From assembly GCA_943357895.1 (NCBI GenBank), contig CALRGO010000003.1:15389-79388 (forward strand): DNA of 64,000 bases. Reading direction: 5' to 3'. Below the pieces are notes generated by a model. It did not search any database. It had not been told where the DNA came from and saw nothing but the letters and a program-made list of their open reading frames with translations. Origin of the DNA: Parcubacteria group bacterium. Lineage in GTDB: Bacteria; Patescibacteriota; Minisyncoccia; UBA6257; UBA11618. Of the stretch, positions 56,128 to 64,000 are shown piece after piece. Within the stretch, counting starts at the first letter, position 1; every line of letters starts with the position of its first letter. Position numbers and translations under genes: made by a program.

Positions 56128-58112
56128 TGTTTTATTTTTTCCAGTTCTTTCTTAAGTTCTTTTATCTCTTCGCGTAATAGTGTTGCAAGTTCGAAGTTAA
56201 GCTCACCTGCCGCTTCGCGCATATCACGCTCTTTTTCTTTGATAAACTTCGCTAAGCCAGTCTTCGAGCCCATTAAAGGCGCGGCTTCGAGGGATGCGAC
56301 CGCGGCCGGCATCATATCACGAATCGCACGCACCACCGTACGCGGGATTATGCCATGTTCCTTATTGTACGCAAGCTGGATTTCTCTGCGGCGCGCGGTT
56401 TCCGAAAGCGCGCGTTCGAGCGAACCCGTCATAGTATCGGCATAGAGGAGTACCTCGCCGTCCACATGGCGGGCGGCGCGGCCAATGGTCTGGATAAGAG
56501 ACGTTTCACTGCGCAAAAAGCCCTCCTTGTCGGCATCTAAAATAGCGACAAGTGAAACTTCCGGCAAGTCCAACCCTTCGCGGAGCAGGTTAACGCCCAC
56601 TAATACGTCGTACTCGCCCCTACGGAGCGCAGTCAAAATCCGCACGCGGTCTAAAGTCTTTATGTCGCTGTGCAAGTACGCCGCCTTGTAATTCTTTTCT
56701 TCCAGATACATCGACAAGTCCTCCGCCATCTTTTTGGTAAGGGTAGTGACCAAGATACGCTCTTTCTTTTTAATGCGTGCGTCGATGCGCGGAATAAGGT
56801 CCTCAATCTGCCCGCGCGCAGGCAATACCGTCGTCTTCGGGTCTACCAAGCCCGTGGGGCGGATAATTTGCTCCACAATTTTATCACTCACTTCGTATTC
56901 GTATTTGGACGGTGTGGCGGATGTGAATATCACTTGGCCGACGCGTTCTTTAAACTCTTCGAATGTCAGTGGGCGATTGTCTGCGGCGGAGGGTAAACGA
57001 AAGCCGTAGTCGATAAGCGTTTTTTTGCGTGCCGCATCCCCCGCATACATTCCCCCTATTTGCGACACGGCAACATGCGATTCGTCGATAACCGTCAAAA
57101 AATCTTTAGGGAAATATTCAAGCAGAGTCTCCGGTGGCGCGCCCGCATCGCGGCCAGACAATACGCGCGAATAGTTTTCAATACCATTGCAATAGCCGAT
57201 TTCGCGCATCATCGCTATATCAAAATTAGTGCGCCGCTCTAAACGCTCGGCTTCTAAAAACTTCTTTTCTTTCTCGAATATCGTAAGTTGCGCCTTTAAT
57301 TCTTTTTGGATTTCTAAAATTGCCCGCGCACGGTCGGGGGCGCTTGTCACATAGTGCTTAGCGGGCGCTATCACCGCTTCTTCGACTTCCGGTGTCTTCC
57401 CCGCCATAAAACCCTCGACGGGGTTCACCTCGTAAATCTTTTTGATTATTCCTTTCTCCGTTTCTATTACGTAGATAAGCTCGCGGTCTGGCGGCATTAT
57501 CTCCCACTGGTCGCCAATAAGGCGAAAGGTACCGCGCTTCAAGTCGGCCGTCGTGCGGGTAAAGTGCAATGATATAAGCTTGCGCGACAACGCCGCGCGG
57601 TCGAGCGGCGTATCTTTTTTAAAATGCAAAATATTCGCGGCATATTCCGCGGGCGCACCTAAACCGTAAATGCACGAAACGGAGGCGACCACTATCACGT
57701 CCTTGCGCGTTAAAAGAGCTGTTGTTGCCGCATGGCGCAAGCGGTCTATCTCGTCGTTTATCATCGCCTCCTTCGCAATATAGGTATCAGAGGTGGGCAT
57801 ATACGCCTCCGGCTGGTAGTAGTCGTAATACGAAACAAAGTAATGCACGGCATTATCGGGGAATAATTCGCGGAACTCGTTACAGAGCTGAGCCGCTAAC
57901 GTCTTGTTGTGCGCTATCACGAGCGTGGGCCGCTGTACGGCTTGAATGACGTTTGCAATAGTAAACGTCTTGCCGGACCCCGTAACGCCCAAAAGCGTCT
58001 GTCTATCCAAGCCTTTTTCAAGGCCTTCTACTAATGATAAAATAGCAGCCGGCTGGTCGCCCGCGGGTTTATTATCTGACTTAATCTTGAATAATTGAGC
58101 CATATGAAACAT
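56124..58112 (-). CDS. uvrB: Excinuclease ABC subunit B
   Basis: GVTGSGKT Walker A, helicase motifs, the beta-hairpin region and a C-terminal UVR domain. Confidence 0.95.
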   Translation of the reverse strand: MFHMAQLFKIKSDNKPAGDQPAAILSLVEGLEKGLDRQTLLGVTGSGKTFTIANVIQAVQRPTLVIAHNKTLAAQLCNEFRELFPDNAVHYFVSYYDYYQPEAYMPTSDTYIAKEAMINDEIDRLRHAATTALLTRKDVIVVASVSCIYGLGAPAEYAANILHFKKDTPLDRAALSRKLISLHFTRTTADLKRGTFRLIGDQWEIMPPDRELIYVIETEKGIIKKIYEVNPVEGFMAGKTPEVEEAVIAPAKHYVTSAPDRARAILEIQKELKAQLTIFEKEKKFLEAERLERRTNFDIAMMREIGYCNGIENYSRVLSGRDAGAPPETLLEYFPKDFLTVIDESHVAVSQIGGMYAGDAARKKTLIDYGFRLPSAADNRPLTFEEFKERVGQVIFTSATPSKYEYEVSDKIVEQIIRPTGLVDPKTTVLPARGQIEDLIPRIDARIKKKERILVTTLTKKMAEDLSMYLEEKNYKAAYLHSDIKTLDRVRILTALRRGEYDVLVGVNLLREGLDLPEVSLVAILDADKEGFLRSETSLIQTIGRAARHVDGEVLLYADTMTGSLERALSETARRREIQLAYNKEHGIIPRTVVRAIRDMMPAAVASLEAAPLMGSKTGLAKFIKEKERDMREAAGELNFELATLLREEIKELKKELEKIKQ

Positions 58113-58174
58113 TTAAGTATGCCATATATGGCAAAGATTACCAATATGCCACATCAATTAAACTCAAGCGTTGC

Positions 58175-58204
58175 TTGACAAATATTCAATTACCATGGTA
58201 TATT
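58175..58204 (+). promoter_or_regulatory. Candidate promoter TTGACA-N17/18-GTATAT/TATATT for the 93-aa gene
   Basis: Hexamers ~55 nt upstream of the AAAGGA SD. Confidence 0.5.
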
Positions 58205-58260
58205 ATATATCGAGTAAGTAACCCGCTCGTTCCCATTTCACGTTTAGTAAAGGACAGAAA

Positions 58261-58542
58261 ATGCGCTTGTTTCAATGGCTCGGAAATTTATTGAATCCTC
58301 TTACCTCACAATCCCCACATTCGATGGTCTACGTCGTGCATAAACTGCCGGCAGGGACGCCGTGGACGCGTGAAGAGGTCGACCATTTCCGCGGAAAAAA
58401 TCTTCGCGGATCGGGCGACGGAATGATCGCGCTCTATCACAATCCCGGTGCCGCGATCCTATCCGACTTGCTTGGACACAGCCACTTTGCTATCCGGGAA
58501 GCTCCGATGCACGGATGGCATCGCATCGCGCTCAAAGCTTGA
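58261..58542 (+). CDS. Hypothetical protein (93 aa)
   Basis: Own promoter-like sequence, SD AAAGGA 7 nt upstream, and a strong terminator downstream. No domain recognised. Confidence 0.55.
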   Translation: MRLFQWLGNLLNPLTSQSPHSMVYVVHKLPAGTPWTREEVDHFRGKNLRGSGDGMIALYHNPGAAILSDLLGHSHFAIREAPMHGWHRIALKA

Positions 58543-58573
58543 GCACTTCCCGCACGAAGTAAACTGCGAAAAC

Positions 58574-58604
58574 TCCGGCCGACCAGCTCGACCGGAGTTT
58601 TTTT
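58574..58604. terminator. Strong bidirectional intrinsic terminator
   Basis: AAAA-ctccgg-ccgaccagctcga-ccggag-TTTTTTT. Confidence 0.75.
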
Positions 58605-59334
58605 ATTTAAAGAACTCGCGTTTTATCTGCCGGACTTCGCGCATGAAGGGCAGGGCGTGCTCATGGCGCGGGCGCGGCAAGTCGATATCAAACACTTTCT
58701 TTACGGCATAATCCTTTACGAGAATTACCATAGTACTAAGCGCAACAGCTTCTTCAATAGAGTGAGACACCATTACGATAGTCTTCCCCGTCTCCTTCCA
58801 GATTTTAATAATGTCTTTATGCAGTTCGTCCGTCATCTGTGGATCGAGCGCCGAAAACGGCTCATCGAGTAAAAGCACGTGAGGGTTTACCGCTAAGGCG
58901 CGCGCAATACCCACCCGCCCGCGCTGCCCCCCCGACAAATCGCGCGGCAATTTACCCTCAAGTCCTTGTAAGTCCAGCATCTTGAAATATTTAAGCGCTG
59001 TGGAACGGATGCGGCTCATAGATAACCCCTTACCGTGCAACCCAAAGGCGATATTTTCCATTACTGTGAGCCACGGCATCAAGGCGCCCGTTTGGAACAC
59101 CATCGAAACGAGCTTGGGTTTTACAACAACACCCGAAGAAGCGTCTGTAATACCCGCAATTATTTTAAGTACCGTGGACTTTCCGCCACCCGAAGGGCCT
59201 ATGACGCACGCGAATGCCCCCTGCGGTACGGCAAAGCTTGCGCCCACGAGGGCAATATCTTTACCATCATACGTCTTTGAGACATTTTCAAATGAGATAA
59301 TCATAGGGTTATTCAAAGCGGTATTTTTCGGCAT
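58603..59334 (-). CDS. ABC transporter ATP-binding protein (NitT/TauT family, SsuB/TauB-like)
   Basis: Walker A GPSGGGKST and signature LSGGQRGRVGIARAL. Confidence 0.85.
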   Translation of the reverse strand: MPKNTALNNPMIISFENVSKTYDGKDIALVGASFAVPQGAFACVIGPSGGGKSTVLKIIAGITDASSGVVVKPKLVSMVFQTGALMPWLTVMENIAFGLHGKGLSMSRIRSTALKYFKMLDLQGLEGKLPRDLSGGQRGRVGIARALAVNPHVLLLDEPFSALDPQMTDELHKDIIKIWKETGKTIVMVSHSIEEAVALSTMVILVKDYAVKKVFDIDLPRPRHEHALPFMREVRQIKREFFK

Positions 59335-60103
59335 GATTTAATAGCCTCTGCCACACGAAGAAATTAATAAGGGCTATCGAGCCGACCAAAAAGACGACAG
59401 CGGTTATGAACGTGCCAACTTCCCCCGCTACTACGGAATCGACGAGTATGCTCCCTATACCGTACAAATCGTCCGCGCCCGTGCCGAACGGAATATAGGT
59501 ATGTAAAACTTCCGCAACGATGATGATGTTCCACCCCTGCGCCCACGCAAGAAGCGACCCCGTAACCAAGGACGGCGTAACGGCGGGTAAAAGCACGCGC
59601 CGGCCGTATGCCCACCCCCGTACACCAAATACCTTTGCCGCCCACGAAATGTCGCGCGGGATCGCCTTTAGCCCCGCAACGAGACTGAAGACGATATTCC
59701 AAAGCATGGAAAGGAAAATAACGAATACCGCCGCCGCATCCGTTAGCCCGAACCGCAAGAATATCCCCGCAATAAGCGGAAAAAAGGCGAGTACAGGAAT
59801 AGACTGCATGACGTCGAAAAACGGCAGAAATATATTCTCAGCGAGCGGGCTACGGCGCGAAAGAGCAACCAACGGAACGGCGGCGGCAAGTGCTAAAATA
59901 TACGCAATAAAAAGACGCGTCAGCGTGGCGAAAAAAGCGCCGGCAACGTACGACGCAGGCAAAGAAACGCTAGACCCAAACGGAAAAAGTGAAACGGCGC
60001 GAAGCGCGACCAAAAGCACGAGCACCGAAACAACGGGAATAAGCGCAGAATGAACGCGCGCAAAAAAAGTTTTAGGCGTAGGTGCGTTGCCATGAATAAC
60101 CAT
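59309..60103 (-). CDS. ABC transporter permease (NitT/TauT family, SsuC/TauC-like)
   Basis: Six TM helices and a BPD_transp_1 pattern. Start placed at ATG 60103, which has TATACT 6 nt upstream. The track's TTG start is at 60121. Confidence 0.8.
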   Translation of the reverse strand: MVIHGNAPTPKTFFARVHSALIPVVSVLVLLVALRAVSLFPFGSSVSLPASYVAGAFFATLTRLFIAYILALAAAVPLVALSRRSPLAENIFLPFFDVMQSIPVLAFFPLIAGIFLRFGLTDAAAVFVIFLSMLWNIVFSLVAGLKAIPRDISWAAKVFGVRGWAYGRRVLLPAVTPSLVTGSLLAWAQGWNIIIVAEVLHTYIPFGTGADDLYGIGSILVDSVVAGEVGTFITAVVFLVGSIALINFFVWQRLLNHAEKYRFE

Positions 60104-60194
60104 AGATATAGTATACACCAAGAAAAATAACCCCCACTATCCACTGTTTTCTGAATCCAACTCGCCTACCCCGAAAAACAAAAGTTATCCACAG

Positions 60195-60230
60195 ATTATC
60201 GTTATATGCCGACCGGCATATAACGATAAT
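60195..60230. repeat. 36-nt perfect palindrome P2: ATTATCGTTATATGCCGACCGGCATATAACGATAAT
   Basis: Differs from P1 only at symmetric positions (C/T plus partner; centre GA-CC vs GG-TC). 36 nt after the dsbB-like stop. Confidence 0.9.
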
Positions 60231-60265
60231 GAATTATTTTATCACTCTTATGCATCCCGTATTTA

Positions 60266-60805
60266 TTAGTTTTTATGCCTATGCACTCTGCCCGCAGCGA
60301 GGGTCGCCGCGATAAGCGCGAATGCGGTTAAAGACATTACGGGGATCGTCACGTAGCCAAACATGATAAAAAATATGCGAGCGCATGATTCACCCGAGGT
60401 GGGGCAGGGAATGAATGTGTTACCACCCAACTGGACGAACCAGTTGTACGCGGCGACACCAGAACCGATTATTGCGGCGAGAAGCGCAACGCCCTCGGTG
60501 CGCCGACTACCCCCGAGCCATGCGTAAAGTAAAATAAACGGCAATGGAAACATGAATACGCGTTGAACTACGCACAAAGAACATGGCGGAAAACCAGCGA
60601 CTTCGGAATAAAAAAGACTCGCGAGCACGGCGAAGAGGGATATAAAAAAGGCAACGGCGGGGGCATGCATACGGAGTATCCGGTGTACTATCCACTCACC
60701 TTTTTTATGAAATATAACGGACAAAGCAATTACAATAATCCCCGCTTCGGCAACTATTGTAAGCGCCGAAAGCGCATATGTAAGAAATTCGACGGACGGT
60801 GTCAT
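60266..60805 (-). CDS. Disulfide bond formation protein B family (DsbB/BdbC-like)
   Basis: Four TM helices with Cys pairs in the predicted outer loops (PPCSLC, IPCPTSGESC). Confidence 0.7.
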   Translation of the reverse strand: MTPSVEFLTYALSALTIVAEAGIIVIALSVIFHKKGEWIVHRILRMHAPAVAFFISLFAVLASLFYSEVAGFPPCSLCVVQRVFMFPLPFILLYAWLGGSRRTEGVALLAAIIGSGVAAYNWFVQLGGNTFIPCPTSGESCARIFFIMFGYVTIPVMSLTAFALIAATLAAGRVHRHKN

Positions 60806-60808
60806 ACC

Positions 60809-61192
60809 TTAATTATCCGCCGGCAAAACGCAACCAGTTTTTTCTGCCAACTTTTCAAGGCTTAATAAACCGCTTTCGCGCGTGCCGTCTGCGAAATGCC
60901 ATACAGGATAACCCTCCACTTTCTTTTCTGCGCATACGGGGCGCTGGCTTTTGCCGTCGGGCGTAGAACATTCCACGTACGGCAATAACCGCTTAGCCGT
61001 GCCGAAGAGCTTCTTTTGATCCTGACAGTGCGGGCACCAGAACGCGCCGTAGAAGGTCGCACCCTTATCTTTCAAGCACTGCGCAAACCCATCGAGCTTA
61101 GAGGGTTTCGATTGCTGAATTACCGCCCATGCAACGAGCATGACTATGGCGACTAAGAGCAATGCGAGAATAAATATGGTTTTAATCTTCAT
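60809..61192 (-). CDS. Membrane-anchored thioredoxin-fold protein (WCPHC active site)
   Basis: N-terminal TM anchor and the motif FYGAFWCPHCQDQK. Confidence 0.7.
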   Translation of the reverse strand: MKIKTIFILALLLVAIVMLVAWAVIQQSKPSKLDGFAQCLKDKGATFYGAFWCPHCQDQKKLFGTAKRLLPYVECSTPDGKSQRPVCAEKKVEGYPVWHFADGTRESGLLSLEKLAEKTGCVLPADN

Positions 61193-61203
61193 GTATATGA
61201 CTA

Positions 61204-61452
61204 TTACTTTCTTGCGTAATCATCTTCGTAGCGGATAATGTCTTCTTCGCGCGGTTTTCCTATCGCGATTTCGAGAAAAAGACCGTGCTGAAGACGGTGT
61301 TTCTCCCCCGGCAGTACCTTATAAAAACCGAAGTGATATTCGGTACGGTCCGCGTGCGACTGGAGACTTAACCGCCCCTTTGCCCAAATTATTTTAACCC
61401 AGAACGTGGGCGTAGCTATTAACTTCCACATCCTCCCCCACGGGCGTTTCAT
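61204..61452 (-). CDS. Small cupin-domain protein (82 aa)
   Basis: Cupin-like His motifs (SLQSHADRTEYHF...GEKHRLQHG). Confidence 0.5.
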   Translation of the reverse strand: MKRPWGRMWKLIATPTFWVKIIWAKGRLSLQSHADRTEYHFGFYKVLPGEKHRLQHGLFLEIAIGKPREEDIIRYEDDYARK

Positions 61453-61499
61453 ACATCCATAGAGTAGCTAAAACTATTGAAAATTACTACTCTTAGTAT

Positions 61500-61871
61500 A
61501 TGAATACACTAAAAGAATTGTTACGGATTTCGGGGATCCCTGTCGTCGTGGCATCGCTCTGCTGCCTTACGCCCGTCGTGCTTGTTGCGCTCGGGCTCGC
61601 CTCGGCATCCTTTGCCACGTCGCTCGCAACCACGCTCTATGGCACGTATAAATGGTACTTCCGCGGTGCGGGCGTGATACTACTCGCCATAAGCCTTATC
61701 ACGTACTTCCGCCGGCAAAAGGGCATCTGCACAATAGACGAAGTCGTGCGGCGCAAAAACGAAATTATAAACACCGTGGCACTCGCGCTGATTGCGGGCA
61801 TCCTCGGCTACTTTTTCTTCCTCTATGTCGTCGTCGAATACGCCGGCATTATTCTTAAGATATGGGAGTAA
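61500..61871 (+). CDS. Small integral membrane protein with intramembrane CC motif (CcdA/MerT-like?)
   Basis: Three TM helices with SLCCLTP in TM1. It overlaps the msrAB start by 10 nt. Confidence 0.5.
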   Translation: MNTLKELLRISGIPVVVASLCCLTPVVLVALGLASASFATSLATTLYGTYKWYFRGAGVILLAISLITYFRRQKGICTIDEVVRRKNEIINTVALALIAGILGYFFFLYVVVEYAGIILKIWE

Positions 61872-63052
61872 AAATAAAAGTAGTCGTAGGTTTAGCTATA
61901 ATCACCTCAAGCGCGTGGGGATATTCGGCATTTAATGCCATGCGCTCGCACCCCACGGAACTGGCGCCGGAAATAGCTGCCATTGAAGAATCGCCTGAAG
62001 TTCTACCTACAGAGGCAGCTGCCACATTCGCCGGCGGATGCTTTTGGTGCACGGAAAACGATTTTGAAAAATTAGACGGTGTGCTCTATGCCGTATCCGG
62101 CTATACGGGCGGCACGGTCTCAAACCCTTCGTACAAACAGGTGTCCGGCGAAAATACGGGGCACCGTGAGGCCGTTAAAGTACATTATGACCCTCGGGTA
62201 GTTTCATACGACGAATTACTTGATTACTTTTGGCGGCACATCGACCCCACGGACCCAAACGGCCAGTTCGTCGATCAAGGGTCGTCGTACCGGAGCGGTA
62301 TTTTTTACCGAACTGAAACGGAGCGACTAAAAGCTGAGAAATCGAAGGCGACACTTACCGCAAGCGGTATATTCACTAAACCCATCGTAACGGAAATTAT
62401 ACCCGCCGGTGCGTTTTACGAAGCCGAAGACTATCATCAGGATTATTACAAGAAAAATCCCGTGCGCTACACCTATTACCGATCTGCGAGCGGGCGCGAT
62501 GCGTTCTTGGAAAAGAATTTTACGCCCGAATCAGTTGCAAAATACCAGGCGCTGCGGGAGAATGCGGTTATGGAACAATCAGCGAAACGGAAAGACGGAT
62601 ACTGCGGACCGTGCTTTGTAAAGTCAACGGACGCAGAGCTTAAAGCGAAACTGACGGACATCCAATATACCGTAACGCAAAAAGAAGGTACGGAATCGCC
62701 GTTTAAAAACGAATACGATAAAAATTATACGGACGGCATCTATGTGGATATCGTCTCCGGCGAACCCTTATTTTCCTCCAAAGATAAATTTGACTCCGGC
62801 ACCGGCTGGCCGAGCTTTGTGAAGCCATTAGCACCAGAAAATATCGTCGAAAAAACCGACTACTATCTCCTCTATCCGCGTACAGAAATACGAAGTCGGT
62901 GGGCAAATTCGCACTTAGGTCACCGCTTTAATGACGGCCCCGCCGCCCGCGGCGGCAAAAGATACTGCATGAATTCTGCCGCGCTGCGCTTTATTCCCAA
63001 AGCTGACTTAGAAAAAGAGGGATACGGGGAGTTTTCAGTGCTATTCCAATAA
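61862..63052 (+). CDS. msrAB: Exported bifunctional methionine sulfoxide reductase MsrA-MsrB fusion
   Basis: N-terminal TM/signal segment. MsrA domain (GGCFWC) followed by an MsrB domain (CGPCF...GWPSF...[10 protein letters not shown]...RYCMNSAAL). Confidence 0.85.
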   Translation: MGVKIKVVVGLAIITSSAWGYSAFNAMRSHPTELAPEIAAIEESPEVLPTEAAATFAGGCFWCTENDFEKLDGVLYAVSGYTGGTVSNPSYKQVSGENTGHREAVKVHYDPRVVSYDELLDYFWRHIDPTDPNGQFVDQGSSYRSGIFYRTETERLKAEKSKATLTASGIFTKPIVTEIIPAGAFYEAEDYHQDYYKKNPVRYTYYRSASGRDAFLEKNFTPESVAKYQALRENAVMEQSAKRKDGYCGPCFVKSTDAELKAKLTDIQYTVTQKEGTESPFKNEYDKNYTDGIYVDIVSGEPLFSSKDKFDSGTGWPSFVKPLAPENIVEKTDYYLLYPRTEIRSRWANSHLGHRFNDGPAARGGKRYCMNSAALRFIPKADLEKEGYGEFSVLFQ

Positions 63053-63064
63053 AAATAAAAAATA

Positions 63065-63100
63065 CCCCGTCAAATGACGGGGTATTTTTTATAGTACCTA
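63065..63100. terminator. Strong bidirectional intrinsic terminator
   Basis: AAAAAA-taccccgtc-aaat-gacggggta-TTTTTT. Confidence 0.75.
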
Positions 63101-63607
63101 TTCCGTGACGGTTACCGTGCCGCCGAAGCTTTCGCCTACGTGATTGTGGTATTTCCAAACACCCACCTTGTTGAAAGTGAACGACCACTGACTACCGGCA
63201 GCCGAAGCTACGCACTGGTCGAACGATGCCGTAGAACCCGCAGCGCAATGCGTTTTGCGATCCGTACCGTCGTAGCCCGCGTGCGTCGGATGCTCGTTAC
63301 CCGCAACCCACATACCGCCTGAGCTTATGTTCGTCCACATGACAGCCTCGCCCTCTTTTACCGTAACGTTCGCGGGCGAAAAACCCGCCAAGGAATACGT
63401 AACCGAAGCCGGACCCGTTACTTCTATTTTCTGCGCAGGATCCGCAGGCGCGCCACCCGTAACGGAATCAAGGGCGCTTACCGTACCTATCTGCCCCGCC
63501 GTGCTCGTTTGCGACTGCATCTCCCCTGCGCGTGGCCTGAAAAATTCCCACCCGAGGTAGATAACCACTACTACGATAACCACATACCAAAGTTTTTTCA
63601 TATGCAT
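63098..63607 (-). CDS. Membrane-anchored hypothetical protein with possible cupredoxin-like C-terminal domain
   Basis: N-terminal TM helix. His/Cys/His spacing (HPTHAGY...THC...YHNHVG) is suggestive only. Confidence 0.45.
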   Translation of the reverse strand: MHMKKLWYVVIVVVVIYLGWEFFRPRAGEMQSQTSTAGQIGTVSALDSVTGGAPADPAQKIEVTGPASVTYSLAGFSPANVTVKEGEAVMWTNISSGGMWVAGNEHPTHAGYDGTDRKTHCAAGSTASFDQCVASAAGSQWSFTFNKVGVWKYHNHVGESFGGTVTVTE

Positions 63608-63613
63608 AGTATA

Positions 63614-64000
63614 TTATTCGCGAATGGCGTTTGCAACTGCGGGGACGACGGCCTTATTAAACGGATCAGGGAGAATATTTTCTGGGGTTGGGTTAGGCAC
63701 AAGCCCTGCTAAGGCTATAGCAGCATTTATAAGCATCGCGTCTGTAATTACACTGACTTTATTATCGAGCGCGCCACGAAAGACCCCCGGAAACACCAAA
63801 ACGTTATTTATTTGGTTGGGGAAGTCGCTACGGCCGGTTGCAACCACAAGCGCGCCCACTTCTTTTGCTACGTCGGGCATTATTTCGGGCACAGGGTTCG
63901 CGAGGCCGAAAACTATTGGCCGGTCTGCCATGCTTTTTACCATATCCCCCGTTACAATATCCGGTGCGCTCACGCCAACGAACACGTCCGATCCCTTCAT
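63614..64000 (-). CDS. NAD(P)-dependent malic enzyme, C-terminal part (N-terminus beyond window end)
   Basis: The motif VATGRSDFPNQINNVLVFPGVFRGALD is characteristic of the malic-enzyme NAD-binding domain C-terminus. The ORF is truncated by the window edge. Confidence 0.75.
   Translation of the reverse strand: MKGSDVFVGVSAPDIVTGDMVKSMADRPIVFGLANPVPEIMPDVAKEVGALVVATGRSDFPNQINNVLVFPGVFRGALDNKVSVITDAMLINAAIALAGLVPNPTPENILPDPFNKAVVPAVANAIRE

Overview
This 64-kb window is a gene-dense stretch of bacterial core genome, mostly on the minus strand. Short versions of L3, UvrC, UvrA, Obg and pyruvate kinase, and GYAWS-repeat secreted proteins, suggest a small-genome CPR/Patescibacteria-like organism. 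That is inference only.

Recognisable content:
- The S10 ribosomal-protein operon (rpsJ through rplE) and the str operon (rpsL-rpsG-fusA-tuf).
- lemA-htpX, groES-groEL, rmuC and cdaA.
- A tmk / ThyX-like / dcd cluster for dTMP synthesis.
- truB, hpf, nth, a mutY-like glycosylase, typA, an FKBP, a DEAD-box helicase and bcp.
- A MacAB-like HlyD-FtsX-ABC efflux operon, obg, an ABC-F ATPase, msrA and pyk.
- A compact uvrB-uvrA-uvrC locus.
- A Dsb / thioredoxin / MsrAB cluster predicted to work outside the cytoplasm.
- One tRNA-Ser(GGA) and many intrinsic terminators.

No CRISPR array, rRNA, transposase or integrase was seen.

Things not explained by ordinary annotation:
1. A secreted cysteine-rich protein with a C-terminal Hint (Hedgehog/intein-type) domain sits as its own transcription unit between fusA and tuf.
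2. The S10 operon is split between rpsJ and rplC by a terminator, a divergent small gene with a strong RBS, and a new promoter for rplC.
3. Four 34-36-nt near-perfect palindromes share the core TATGCC-GR-YC-GGCATA. Each lies 6-64 nt after a stop codon.
4. A ~78-nt conserved core occurs twice (about 15.4 kb and 32.9 kb), each copy followed by a plus-strand terminator. These may be a pair of sRNA genes or a repeat family.
5. Many genes have -10-like boxes (TATACT, TACTAT and similar) only 6-11 nt before the start codon, which implies leaderless mRNAs.
6. Several small ORFs were missed by the 60-aa cutoff: a Cys-rich metallothionein-like peptide, a highly basic peptide, and a zinc-ribbon peptide whose start codon sits inside a long inverted repeat.
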